DNA from: Curvularia clavata
Lineage: Eukaryota
Assembly (NCBI GenBank): GCA_023920165.1
Contig: CP089274.1
Coordinates: 3,658,001 to 3,722,000 of the forward strand
DNA length: 64,000 nucleotides
Direction: 5' to 3'
Shown here: in pieces, positions 37,920 to 50,661 of the stretch
Layout: each line of letters begins with the position of its first letter
Numbering within the stretch: position 1 is the first letter of the stretch
Made by a program: the position numbers and the translations under genes
Notes under the pieces: model-generated
Database searches by the model: none
The model's input: the letters and a program-made list of their open reading frames with translations, nothing else
Told to the model about the DNA's origin: nothing

Positions 37920-40900
37920 GGTGGATAAATTTGGCCAGCTGGCTAGTAGATCGAGATGGCGTGAGGCGTGTTGGTTGGTGTGTGGGGGTAGATGACTCGT
38001 TGGTTTTGATGGGGGGTGGGAAAAAGGCGGAGGTGGAGGTGGAGTGTGGTTCGTGTGTTTCACTGCCTTGGTTCGCAGGATGGCTTGTGTGTTTTGTTTC
38101 CTCTTTGCGCTGCGCGCGTGTTTGCGTTTGTTGGTTGGGTAGAGTAGCTGGTAGCGAAGGAAAGCAGCGACGCGAAAAAAAGCAGGCTAAAAGGCAGGAA
38201 GAAGTAAGGAGCTCCCAAATTATGTATGTATCTGGTATATGAAGCCAGATGCGGGTGAAACGAGGAATACGAAGGAGACACGTTATATGTAATAATATCT
38301 TTTTGGTTTAAATTGCGTAAGCGTGAGTTGCGCACGTGTGTGTAGTAGACTGTGAGAGAGGGTTGCGCACCCGTTTGAGGGCACACAGCGTATAATTTAT
38401 GCGGTGCACAAATAAAATTGCTGAGGTTAGGAGGAGATTGATTGGAGAGGGGGCGTTCAAAAGGAGATTTTTTTGCTGATATGTAGGGGTTGAAAGTGTC
38501 GGTGAGAACCTGGATCCGTTGGCAACTGCGAGCCGGGCGTACTAATCCCGGTTATTCGATGAGAATGTTCGACACTGTTAGGAGATATGCATGTCAATGA
38601 ATGAGTAGTGAAAAAGAAAAATCGATTGTGGTCTTTGTGACACCTTATCGTCACCCCATTTCCTTTCGTCAGCGGCGCAAATATCGCAGTCAGCTGGTAG
38701 CAGGAAGCATCTTGCCGCAACATCTTCATGTTAGCGTGCGGGGGGCCGTAAAGGCTACAGAACAGCGTGTGATGGATGAATGTCGGTGTGTTGTGATATC
38801 CTTGGTTTCTTCCTCTTGGGACTGCATTACCCACAAATACTAGCCCCATGTGGGTTTAGGTTGCCCGCCCGCGTGAGCTGCGTCTCCACAATGCATTGCC
38901 AGCGAGGCTGCAGATACGTGCGTCCCGGCCGTTCTGGAGGAGAACTGGTTCGCCCACATGTTGCAAGTTTTTTTTCTATGGGGAATAAAACGGTGGGTAG
39001 TTCACACGGCGAAGTCTCATTTGGTACAGTGGTGGTGGCTGGGTTAATTCGAGAGGTTGGTAAAAGGAATGGGATTTATTTTAAGGTACCACTGCAGCTG
39101 TTCCAACAAGACAAACGATAACCGCCACGGGCTGTGTCAGATGTCCCCGCGGCGGCAGCTATGCATATGTAGGGTCAGGCTAAATAAGCCTAGTCTGCTT
39201 AACGGAGCTTAGATGGCCTGCCAAACTTGACTAAATTCCACATGGGAATGAGCATTGCATCTGCTCGGTAGTCCATGTAGCGGAGGTCACACCGGCGGTT
39301 ATTTTCGCAGAAATGTCCCGAACATTGAGTTCAAAATCGCAATATTGGAATTTATGGACTGTGAAAGTCAAAATGAAGACAAGAAAATAGTGAGGCAATT
39401 CATAGATGCTGGTAATCGTGCCTATCTTGCAGTTACGATCTTAGGGTATGGGAATATGAGATTAGGGTCCAGCCAGTATGGTAGAAAATACCTATCGCTA
39501 CATAAGGAGGTGCGAAATGAGGCCTTCTCGCTACCAAGACCAGTACGACCCAGGCTTTCAGAGGGACGGAGGGAGCCGCTGAACCATTTGTTTCCAATTC
39601 ACAATTGGCAGCGCAGTGTGGTGTTAGAGCTCTGTCACGTGTTATCTAATGGTCCCGGCGAGGAACCACGTGATATCCTAGAAGGTAGCAGTGGTCACCA
39701 CCTAGCCTATCTTCAATTTGAACTTGTTGAACACAATTACACGCTATTTATTCGCTGAAGCGCCTAATCTCCTAAATTGCGATCCTAGGCACCACAAAGC
39801 TACTGAATTTGGAAAAGACGAAAGTCAGGTAGACGTCTGGGAATAGCGCGTTAAGATTTATAGCAGTCTCTCGACAGCAGCTGAATTGTATGACTAAAGG
39901 CAAGAACTGAGTCCAGAAATTCAGAACCGCGAGTTTGCAACATGTCAGATTCAGTAGCCGTTAAACTAACACCACACGTGAGGTCTTGGCAAGGGAGGTA
40001 AGGTATCTGTTGGTTAGGGGTATAAGCGAGGAGTGACATGGTTTGATAGCGAAACAAATCGCTAACAAAGTGTCGTCATGATGAAGGCAAAGATTGTATC
40101 TCCTACAATTTGTTAGGGCTGCTTCAACAGCCGTGGTGTATACTTTGTGGCTTGCCGCCTATTCACGTTCCAACTATTTTGAGTCTCGGATGAAACGTAC
40201 TATAGAATAACCTGGTACACTCGCTTCTTTAGGCGGTAGATGGCGGGTTCAGATTGAACATTTGCTTTTTCCTGTCGTCAGATTTCAGTAATGTCAGATA
40301 TTAGACCGCCAGTATAGAGCGGTGGAAGAGGGTAATCGAAGAGCAGACCCGTATTACATATGCCAGGCTGACCCACAGCTATGTGAGATGACGTCTAGGA
40401 TAAAACCCAGTTACCAGTGTAAAGGTTGGAAATGTGCATTTTGTGGGTGCGATGATGTGAAAATGGTAATGGAGTGGAGTAGTTAGATGTGTTGCGTGGA
40501 GAATTGAGCGGAGTTCAGGGTGTCAAGATCTGCGATATGGCGTAAGAGTGGTTCAGTCAAGATGCTCGGGACGCATGCACAATTGTGTGCACAGTGCTTG
40601 TCCCCGCGTGAGAGCATATCGCATCCTCGTGTTTTGGAGGATCAGCATCAAAGACCCGCGAGGGCGAGGGCGAGTGACGGCATTGGGTTGGACCCTGGCT
40701 CGTGGGTATCGTTAGCGGCCGATCGATGGAGGCTCGCCTCTGGATCTGCAATGCTAACAAGACGGTAAGCCGCCATTCGAGCGGTCATCCGCACGTAGGC
40801 ACTGTCTGAATACTGTTGAAGACGAAGATGGACTACAAAGGAAGAGGCTGATTTCACATGGCGCAAGAATGGTGTGCGTAGACGCCACAGAGGTGCAGCC

Positions 40901-42124
40901 AGTAAAAAGCAAAGCGTACCTGTTGGCCTGTGGTGTGGCTGAAACAGGCACACGATGCAGCTCGATAGGGGAAGTGATTACGTGGACAAAGGCTCGATTT
41001 GGAGCGACGACTCCACCCGGGCATAGGCGAGGCGAGGCTGTGGTAATGGTATATTGAGGAGCGAACCGCACAGTGCAACGCCGGGTACGACCGCCGGCGC
41101 AGGCTTCCAGGAAAATTCGCTTGGTCCGGCTTGTTGCCACTAGAGCCGAGTAGCACCTGTCAGGGCGCAAATTGTCGCGAGGGCAAACTTGCATCGATAC
41201 AGAGAGTACCGCCACTGCCAGATTGCCTGGCTCCGAGGGTTGGGCCGACCATGGCGTAACGTGGGGCGTGTTTTTGGAACGGTGCAGAGGCGATGCGGGC
41301 GGGACGGCAACGGTGGTCGATTCCACGTATGAGGGCTGCGTGGACGCGAGTGCTCTGAATCGAGATTCCATGTGCCGGCCGTACGTATTACTGCGTTGCG
41401 TGTTGTTGAGGCCTATCGATAGGCGTCTTGGCCACAGTCTGTGGCCAGAATTGATCCACGCCAGGGATGGCCGATCCTTGGGACCACGGCCATGTCAGGC
41501 ACGACGACAAAGGACTCGACCGCTGCTCTACCGTGCCTTGCAGCGCCCGGCAGCCACCTCCTGGCCAACAACGGACCCGGGTTTGGCCAGCTGCTGCCAA
41601 TTCAAACGACCGCCCAACGGTTCCGTGTGCGACCAGCTGTCGTCGTAGGGCTTTTCCGTGATTCGCTGTGGCGAGTGCTAGCGGGGTTTCATATCCCGGC
41701 CTGTGGCTTTGGCGCTAGACCATCCCTGCATCGTCTAAAGCCTCCACTGCAAGACTGCTCCTTGCTATTTCTGACGTTCTTCCTCTTGTTCTTTTCCCCT
41801 ACTTCGTATCCGTTGTGCCCCCGTTGGCTTTTTCGCTCGTTCGCCTGTTTCTTTTTTTCCTTTCCCTTTCGTTACTGCACATACACATTGACGGCAGGCT
41901 TTCGTCCCATCGCTGTCCCTACCGCATCTCTCAATTGCATTGCATTGCATTGTTCCCAAAGACTCGCCCAGTGAACGTGCTTGACGCACTCACTTGACCA
42001 GCGAGGCGTCTCTGGGTCGATCCCGTCGCCAAAGACATCAGCGTTTGCGTTTCGTATCCACGACCCCGCCTGCGGGTCTCCAGCAACCAAACTTGCCCCC
42101 ACAACCCTCCACCAAACCTCCTCT

Positions 42125-44944
42125 ATGACCAGTAAGAGATCTTCGAGGTCCTTCCGACTCTCAAGCCAAGGCTTCCAACCCCTAAACAACGCCAACATGG
42201 AGAACCGCACAACCGACATACCCCTCGAGACTGTCGTCAGTCACACGCCTTCGCAGTCGCCTTCGCAGAATGAAAAGGGCGACAAGTCGCACATGTTCAC
42301 GCGGGGGCGCAGGAAGCTGGCGGCCATCGATGAGAGAACAGGCGCACCTATGCCTCCGTCTCGCGATCAAGAGGAAAAGACTGCTCTCAACCGCATGGGC
42401 AGAATCTATACCAAGATCTTGAACTGGAGCATCGTCACTCGCTACATGGTTTATGTTGCACCCGTCGCACTTCTGCTCGCTATTCCCATCATTCTCTCGC
42501 AAACCGGTACCATCACAGGCTCAATCGGAGGAACAAACCAGAAGAAATTCTGGATCTGGATTGAGATTATCTGGCTGAGTTTCTGGGTCATGAAGATTGT
42601 GGCACACTTTATTCCCAACGTCTTTGCGTTTTTGGTCGGCGTCGTCAGCCCTGGTGTGAAGAAATACGTGAAGCTACTGAGGGCAGTAGAGAAGTCTCTG
42701 TCCTTTGTGTTATGGATGATTGTCAACCAAGCCACGTTTCCCGCTGTAAGCATAATGTCTTCTTGCTAATACAGTGGCATCGCTAATCTTGCATAGCTTG
42801 TCCGGCCACTTCCTGACAGGACCGGCGACAAAGCTCCAGGCTGGATCGACACCATGCAGTCGATTCTGCTTGCACTGCTTGTTTGCACCATCATCCTCCT
42901 TGCTGAGCGCGTCTTCATCCAACTCATCAGCATCAGCTACCACCGTAAGCAGTTTGACGACAAAATCAAGGAGTCTAAGCGCAACATCTACCTGCTCGGT
43001 GTTCTCTACGACACTTCGCGAAGCTTGTTTCCGGCCTACTGCAACGAGTTTGCCGAGGAAGACTACATTATCCAAGACACAATTCTAGATCTCGGATTTG
43101 GTAGCAAGAAGGGAACCTTCAAGCACGGTCGCTCGGGCAGCCGCACACCTCTACGTCTCATCCAAGAAGTCGGCCGAGACGCTGGCCGCATTGGTGACAA
43201 GATTACTTCAGTCTTCGGTACAATCGCTTCAGAAATCACTGGGAAAAAGGTTTTTGACACTAACTCTGCTCACTCAATCGTCATCACCGCCCTGGAGAGG
43301 AACAGGAGTGCCGAGGCTCTTGCCAAGCGTATCTGGATGTCCTTGGTCGTTGAGGGCAAGAACGAGCTTTATCTGGAAGATCTGATCGAAGTCATGGGGT
43401 CCGGCCGCCAAGAGGAGGCTGAGGAATGCTTTTACTCAATTGATCGAGACGGAAACGGTGACATCAGTTTGGAGGAGATGATTCTGACTGTGACCGAGTT
43501 CGCTAGGCAGCGCAAGTCGATCAACTCTAGCATGCACGATGTGGACCAGGCTATTCACGCTTTGGATGGCCTCATCATGACCATTGCCCTCATCATCTGT
43601 ATCTTCGTCATTGTCGCCTTCCTTGCTCCGGCTTTCCGCACGACTCTGGCTACTTCAGCTACTGCACTCCTGTCTCTGTCTTTCGTATTTGCAGCGACCG
43701 CCCAGGAAGTTCTCGGTTCTTGCATTTTCCTCTTCGTCAAGCATCCATACGACATTGGCGACCGTGTTGACATCACTGCAACAGAGCTGACTGTCGAGCA
43801 CATTCAGCTACTTTACACGGTTTTCAAGCGTGTGAGCAACGGCAAAACTGTGCAAATCCCCAACATTGTCTTGAACGGACTGTGGGTAGAGAACATCACC
43901 CGAAGCAAGGCCATGCGAGAACAAGTCCCTGTCTACTGCGATTTTGGCACATCCTTTGAGGATATTAACTTGCTAAAGACGGAGATGCTCAAATTCGTTC
44001 GGGATCCTGCAAACTCTCGCGAGTTTCATCCCGATATTGATATTGAGGTTGTCAGCATTGCTGAAATGAACAAGCTGGAACTTCTCGTTGAGATTCGACA
44101 CAAGAGCAACTGGTCCAACGAAGCCCTTCGTGCCGCCCGCCGTTCCAAGTTCATGTGCGCCCTGGTGGTTGCTTTGCGCAAGGTTCCTATCAACGGCCCA
44201 GGTGGCGGAGATGCTACCCTTGGTTCGCAAGACAAGCCTACTTGGTCTGTTGCAGTTCCACCAGAGGAGGCAGTCGCTGCATACCAAAAGTACCAGGACA
44301 ATGCTGACGCAAAACGTTTGCAACCACTCAAGGAGTCCAAGAAGGAGGATACTGGCTCGTCTACGGGTATCGATTACCTTGGTGTCAGTGGTGAAAACCA
44401 CGCCATTTCTTCAATCAACAACCGCAGGCCAGGTCTCGATCCCATCCGCGATGACACATGGCAAGCGCGTGGCGACGATGCTAGCACTATCGGTCGCCCA
44501 AGCATGGATCAGAGGCCAGATCTCGATGAAGTCCGCGGTTTGTTGCAGAAGGTGAGCTCTTCTGGAAAGCGCAAGGGAGGTGCGACACTGTCGCCCTATG
44601 GCTCACGCCCCTCGGTCGACACTCCCCGCCAGAACCCGCCTCCACCTCTGCCACTCCAAGTAGTACCATCTACTAGCCAGAGCTCCTTCGCACCACCACC
44701 ATCTGCTCTCTCGACCCGGCCTCCTCGTAGCACAGCGCCTGGTTCGCCGAGCTCAATCTCCACGGGCCAGGTAGAGGAGTACTCTTATCAGACCATGGCG
44801 CCACCGACTCGCACGCAGAACCGCAACCCTGGTGTTCAAGTAGAGGAAGACGAGGGTGAACGGCGATGGGAGATTACTTCAAACAATCCCTATAAAAGCC
44901 AGGGATCGCCTCAGCCAGGGTCTCAACCACCCAAACGCGAGTGA
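42125..44944 (+). CDS. MscS-like mechanosensitive channel (Msy1/Msy2 type) with EF-hand; intron 42746-42796
   Basis: Multiple TM helices, EF-hand DRDGNGDISLEE, MscS motifs FLFVKHPYDIGDRV and VQIPNIVLNGLWVENITRS. Confidence 0.94.
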
Positions 44945-45392
44945 TGACATGAGAGGTGTAACTCTCTTGGCTATTTTAAAAGGAAAAAGGAAAACATCGT
45001 CCGTATAAAGACGGTGATTGGTGCTATGCGTATTTCTCTTCCCCTTCTCTTGTAATGTATAGAAAAAAAATTGGGAAACCTTTCGAGCATGGTGTGTCTT
45101 TGTTGAGCGTGTCCTGAGGACGTCTGACTCTCTACCACCTGGCGTTTTTTTTAGGGGGGTATCTACTTGCCATACTTTTGGTGTGAGCTAGAAATGTATA
45201 TCTGTTCAAACAAATATTTTTCAGTAGAATCTCATGCGGTCATGTCATTCTCTGAACTATGATGTTGATGGGCTTACGGATGTGTGTTCTCCTCTCGGGT
45301 GTACGCCGTCTGACACCTTCAATATCTAGCTAATATGGATTCGACAAACCCCGTATCTTACCTCATCTCCCCTCCCCTCCCCTGTTGAAGAA

Positions 45393-45770
45393 AAGCATCC
45401 TTGTCAAGGGGGGATCCACGAAAAGAAAGGAAATTTTTTCTGGCCTCCTTCCCGGACATCCCGCCAGAGCATCGTCCTTGCTTTTTGAAGATCTGCACGG
45501 AAGATGCCCGCCCGTTGCCGCTCGCTCAACCCCTTTTGTTCTTCTCAGCCCCCTTGTCTGCTTGCTTTGTTTTTGACAGGCGGATGATCCGCAGAAGAAT
45601 AAAATACGCTCGAGAAAGGAGAAATATTTGAGCAAAAGAAAGATAGGGAAGAAAGGAGTGTATTCCTGCTGATGTGCGGGTTATGGTTATTGTTGCGTTT
45701 TGATACAGAGCATAGGTAGGATAGCAAGGTAAGTAAGCATCAAGGATGCGCGGAAGTCCTGTGGATGCTT
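45393..45770 (+). ncRNA. Candidate structured non-coding RNA (unassigned)
   Basis: Several nested complementary segments in the intergenic gap between two convergent genes (see findings). No known family recognised. Confidence 0.25.
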
Positions 45771-46159
45771 GGAGATGGCTGGCTTCTAAAAGATATGTAA
45801 TGTAGAGAGTTAGAATCATTGTCTCAGCGTCCAACGACAGATATGTTGTTGCTCGTCAGGTAATATCAAAGTATTATAAAACCATCGTCGTCAATGAGTC
45901 TCAACATGTAGCCACACCAAGATCTTCATTTCATTAGCAGGATAATTTTTCGAATTTCAATTACAAGCAGGTGCAAAAGTCGGCCGTCCAACTTTTGAGA
46001 GAGTGTATGTTTACAAACAAAATACTGATCGCTAAACGAACAAAAACATATACATCAAAAGAGACAAAATACAAGCGTCCGTATGCCTATGTCCCACGAC
46101 ATTGGCATTAAGCTCATCAGCATTAGTTCGGCCGTGAACAAGCAACAAGATGAACTTCG

Positions 46160-47441
46160 TCAACACACCACTCTATTCACCGTGAGGGGTCTTCCCGTGC
46201 CGTCAACCCTACTCCCCAACTCCATATACATATCCCACAGAAACCTACTATCAATCGCCTTCTTTCCCTGCAGTTGCACATTCTCATTTGCGTCGACTGA
46301 GAGTCCAATCTTGAGATCCACATAACCCGGCACCGCAGCCAGTAGCTCTCTGAAAAACGCCTTGTGCACAAACGGCGCAGCAGACCAATCTGTGAATTCT
46401 GCTTTCGCCCATTCGTAATAGCGGGGATGTAATGTTGGAACCACGCGGAGGAATTGGAGAGAAGGGAAAGAAGAGAAGAAAGAGGACCAGTCCACGTAGC
46501 GGTTCATGCGTATTGAGTCTTTTAGCTGAATCTCGATTTGAAGGCGTTTGATGCGCGAGAGGTCCCAGCCTGGTGGGACTTCAAAGGTAGAAAGAGGCAA
46601 CTTGTCGAGGGAGACGGCGAACCAGTTTTTGGTGTACATGCAGTCGGTTGCTTCGTCGGCTAGCTTTTGAGAGGTGCGGAGAAGGTCGACGTGTAGAATG
46701 GGATCTGTGTGGGTTGAATGTGGACATGTTGGGCGCTTTCCGTCCAAGAGGCGTTGCTGGTTGAGGCGTTCCCGGGTTTTTCGTGCGGCCAGGCGTTTCT
46801 TCCGGTTCTTTAAAATGGTGGTGGCATCGAGAATGGGCGGTGAATTGGAGGTTTGGCGAACGACCAGGTACGAGTAGATCTCATCTCTGATTTCTTGAGG
46901 TAGTTCGAGGAAGCGGAACGGACCGCTGTGATTCCTGCGTGGACACCAGTGTGCATTCGGAGGTTGTTGCTGTCTGCGGCATGGTGTCACTTTTGCCTGT
47001 GTTGTGCATGATGATGGTCTCTCAGTATGGTCTGATTTGGCAGTGGGTTTCCCGCTAACAGCCTTGAGGTCGTGGCCCTTGACAGTTAGTAGAGTTGGTA
47101 GTAGCTCCTCGAGCTTGGAGACCCCTCGTTGACGTCGACGCAATGCCATAACAACCCAATTGCATGAACAATCTGCTTGCATCAGCCGCATGTTGGCGAG
47201 AAGTTTTCTTTATGAGATTCTCCGGAGAGGGAAATTGCCTTCATCTTACATCTTCTGAATTAGGCCAACGCTTGGGTCCCTGGCTCCAGCGCTGAAGGAT
47301 CGGAGGTTCCAGGCTGATGTAATGTCTTGAGGTGTTCGCACCATGTTCAGTAGGGCCTTTCTCCCGAGTTACGGGGTCAAGCACGCAAGTGGGGAGGATC
47401 CAGTTGCGGAAATTGAGGTCAAAGCCACTGAATCGCGGCAT
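46160..47441 (-). CDS. Fungal protein with an F-box-like FLELPxEIRxxIY motif; exon 1 47441-47250 spliced to 47077-46160 (alternative start ATG 47149)
   Basis: PFRFLELPQEIRDEIYSYLV and LLRTSQKLADEATDCMY..NWF. Donor GTAAGA at 47249 plus a perfect TACTAAC branch point (47085-47091) and AAG acceptor join the upstream ORF in frame. Confidence 0.7.
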
Positions 47442-47822
47442 GCGATACGGGCAAGATGGAGCATCTCGGCGCCTCTTTTATTGTGATCGATGCCGGACTT
47501 GACTTCTTTGCCACATTTCGGCTTTTAGCTATCCACGTCTGGGCGAGTAAGAAAAAGGACAAATACCAGAAGAAATAACTGTATTGTCGTGGGTAGTGAG
47601 CAGTAAGGTAGGGCAGGACAAGGTAACGCGAGCGTGTGTGTGTGAGGCGGCTTAACAGGCGTATTATAGCTTAGTGTTTCAGCCCCAAGAGTATATTTTA
47701 AGCATTGCAGCAGAACGGTTAAGCGAATAGCCTATAATGGCAATGGCTAGTCCCGGTGGCCCGGTTGTGTTCATGCGATGAGATGTAGACGATATTTGAC
47801 GTTTGTACGCCTGCATGGCTTG

Positions 47823-48848
47823 CTATCCGTCTACTCCCACTTTGGCGTGGCGGAAGTACTTCATCCCCACCCAGGCGACAACCACCCACACCCAACTGGT
47901 AACCGCGGTACAGACAATGAGGGCGGGGTAATATCCAGTAATTGGCAAGGTTGCGTCGTCCTCCAGGTCTGGTGGTGCATACGGTGTCTCGCCCACGTCC
48001 CACGCCCAGCTCCAAACGCCGAGGCAGGAGCCCATTCCTACGACGAAGACGATCCAGGTAGCTATCAGCACGACCCAGCCCCACCACTCGGTCTCACTGT
48101 AATCCCACTCATCGTCGGAGTCAAGCTCAGCAGGGGTCACGAGGGCCGTAATCGAAGCGCGGCGATTGCTGCGAGTCGAGCGGCGGTGTACGAGAGAAGC
48201 AACCTGGCCCTGGCTCGGGACAGCAAAAGAGAAGTCGCTGCTTGCCGGCGAAGGGCGGTAGAAGGACATGGCATCGTCATCGTCTGTGGTCGAGGCATAT
48301 GGCGCAACTGGACTCGCCATGGGGGACGCGAGTAAGGGCGGAGGTGAGACCTCGGGAGCGTCACGTGGCGAGCACGTGGGCGCGGTCGGGGAGGAAGGGA
48401 GACGGATGGCGGGCACCCAGCCGTTGTCCGGCGACGGATTGAGCGGCGTCTTGTCGAAATTGGTGACAATGGCCGGTTTGGGCGTCTTGCGTAGAGAGCT
48501 GCTTCGTTCGCGCATCTTGGCCATGGCTGCTTTCCGCAGGGAGCCCTTTCTCTGGCGGCCGGCTTGGTTCTGGTTCTGGTTCTGGCGCAGCGCCTTCGCC
48601 ATGGACGACCCTCCTACTGTGCCGTGGTCATTGAGTCCGTGTGCCCCCTCGCTGCCGTTCGGCGGTGCTGGTGACGTTGTTGCCGTAGCATGTCTTGACG
48701 ACGATGACCTGAGAAACCCGCCCAGTATGCCTCCAGACTTGGAACGTTTGTGAACAGATACGCCGTCTTGGCCAGTGTTTACGTCTCCCGCAGCAAGGGT
48801 GCTGGTGGTGATGCTGTTTCTGGTACCGCCGGTGCCGTCGTGTTCCAT
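47823..48848 (-). CDS. PIG-Y/Eri1-like GPI-GlcNAc transferase subunit with a long disordered N-terminus
   Basis: Two C-terminal TM helices WWGWVVLIATWIVFVVGMGS and YYPALIVCTAVTSWVWVVVAWVGMKYFRHAK, matching the PIG-Y/Eri1 end motif W.G.K.FRH. Confidence 0.75.
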   Translation of the reverse strand: MEHDGTGGTRNSITTSTLAAGDVNTGQDGVSVHKRSKSGGILGGFLRSSSSRHATATTSPAPPNGSEGAHGLNDHGTVGGSSMAKALRQNQNQNQAGRQRKGSLRKAAMAKMRERSSSLRKTPKPAIVTNFDKTPLNPSPDNGWVPAIRLPSSPTAPTCSPRDAPEVSPPPLLASPMASPVAPYASTTDDDDAMSFYRPSPASSDFSFAVPSQGQVASLVHRRSTRSNRRASITALVTPAELDSDDEWDYSETEWWGWVVLIATWIVFVVGMGSCLGVWSWAWDVGETPYAPPDLEDDATLPITGYYPALIVCTAVTSWVWVVVAWVGMKYFRHAKVGVDG

Positions 48849-49163
48849 TTACTGCACCTATCTCTTTTTGTTTTTCTCGTTTTGTTTTGTACGTGCTGCA
48901 TGTACTCTGTCTAAATGTCATGTCTCAGGCTGGGGTGTCAACGAGGCCAACGGCGGCGCGTCATAGCGCGGTGCTAGATGCGGCCGTCAGATTGGCTGCC
49001 GGGGGTACACTGACCATCAACCCCATGCCTGCATATGGAAGCCCTCCCTCAATTTCCCCTCCGCCTCTCCTCTGGGGTCAGTCCGCGCTCTCTTATCTTA
49101 TTTTTCCGTGCCATGCCCTCTCGCTAGCAGTTGCTCATTACCGCCTTTGATTTTCCCGTGGTC

Positions 49164-50661
49164 ATGGACTCGAAAATGCCTCTGCCTGCTCCACCGCGGA
49201 CCCCGACGCCGCCTCCTGATGAGGACGCGCCCCAGGCTGTGGGACTAGGACTCGAGGGCGATCTGTCGTCTAGGACGCTGGCCGCGAGCACGAATGGGCT
49301 GCTCTCGCCCATGTCGGCAACGTTTCCCTCGAAGCAATATGCCACCCTTGGGCCCAGCGACTCTGTCTCGCAGAGGGCTTCGCCAGCCACGCTGTATACA
49401 CCAGCGAGCGCGACATTCCCCTATACACCAGCGAGTACTGCCAGCGGGGCGGCCATGGACACGGACGGCTCCGAGAACCTCAACCCGTTCAACTTCCAGT
49501 CGGTTACCTACCAGCCAGGGCGACCCCAGGCCAAAAGCAACGTGCAGCTCCCCACCCCCCAGTTCGCAAAGCTTATACTGACATTCACAGGATGTTGGAC
49601 GACGACGAGGACACAAGTACAAGCACAGCAGTGTATCGCACCAGATATTTCTAGAACCCGCACCCCGCGCCCCACTCCAGCTACCCGCGTCGCTGCCTAT
49701 CCCGACGTTCAAAGAGTACCGGTCGTCCATGTCCAAGGACCAGAAGCTGCGGCTGGCATGGTGCTTCTGTCACTTGGTGGTAGGCGGACTGGTTCAATGG
49801 GGCGCCCACGAGTCGCTGGCTCTCACAGTGCTGTCACGCCTCATCTTCTATGATGCGCTCGGCGCATTCCTGTGTGTGGCTGTAGACGTTGGCGCAAACT
49901 TTGAGGTGTGGAAACGATCGAGCATCCGCCATCCGTTTGGGTTTGAGCGGCTCGAGGTTATTGCAGGACTGGGCATGTCGGTTGGCCTATTGTTTATGGG
50001 ACTAGACCTGATATCACATGGACTAACGCATGCACTTGAGAATACGGGCGGACATGAAGCGCACCATGTGGACGGCCACGAGCGTGTGTCGCCGGGCAGC
50101 ATTGATCTTGCTGCGCTGAGCGGCATTGTGTCAACGCTGGTGTCTGCGATTGTGCTCAAGAACCACGCGCGGATTGGGAAGGTGATGAGACTGAGCGCCA
50201 TTGCTAACCTGCCATCAGTACTGAGCAACCCGTCGCACTTCCTGACGCTGTCGTGCTCGTCGCTGCTCCTCGTCTTGCCCTTGTTGAGCATTCAGATGTA
50301 CGTATGGCTGGATCGGACGCTGTCCTTCTCGGTTGCGTTTTCCATGGTAGCACTAGGGTGGATCCAAGGGTGGACACTGGGGAAGATGCTGCTCATGTCC
50401 TACTCCGGGCCCGGCGTGTCGGACGTGGTGCGCGAGCTCGAGGCGGATCCTGCAATCAGGAGCGTCGACGAGGCCAAGTTCTGGCAGGTGCACTATGGGC
50501 TGTGCCAGGCCAACCTCAAGGTGCGAGTGCGCAGGCTGGACGAGATTGGGCGGCTGCGTGATCGCATTGGCAGCATGGTGCGGAACCGGTTGGGCGGCGG
50601 GTACGGGAGCGGCGGGCAGAAATGGGAGGTGTCTACGCAAATTACCCTGGAAAAGGACTGA
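49164..50661 (+). CDS. ZRG17: Cation diffusion facilitator, Zrg17-like ER zinc transporter; intron 49542-49590 (weak GTGCAG donor)
   Basis: RRRGHKYKHSSVSHQIFLEP..LPASLPIPT, VWKRSSIRHPFGFERLEV, His-rich loop, NPSHFLTL, KFWQVHYG. Confidence 0.88.

Noticed and set aside
39255..41974. ORFs of 100-205 aa upstream of the MscS-like gene
   Set aside because: No domain signal; overlapping ORFs on both strands; consistent with promoter or leader DNA.
45678..45735. Telomerase-template-like TAACCATAACCC and U1-like TACTTACCT on the minus strand
   Set aside because: The template has a mismatch and no alignment region, and the gap is too short for a filamentous-fungal telomerase RNA. No U1 stem-loops or Sm site follow.
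45660..45904. snR30/U17-like motifs GTATTCCTG and AAACCAT
   Set aside because: About 240 nt apart with non-complementary flanks, so the required 3' hairpin cannot form.
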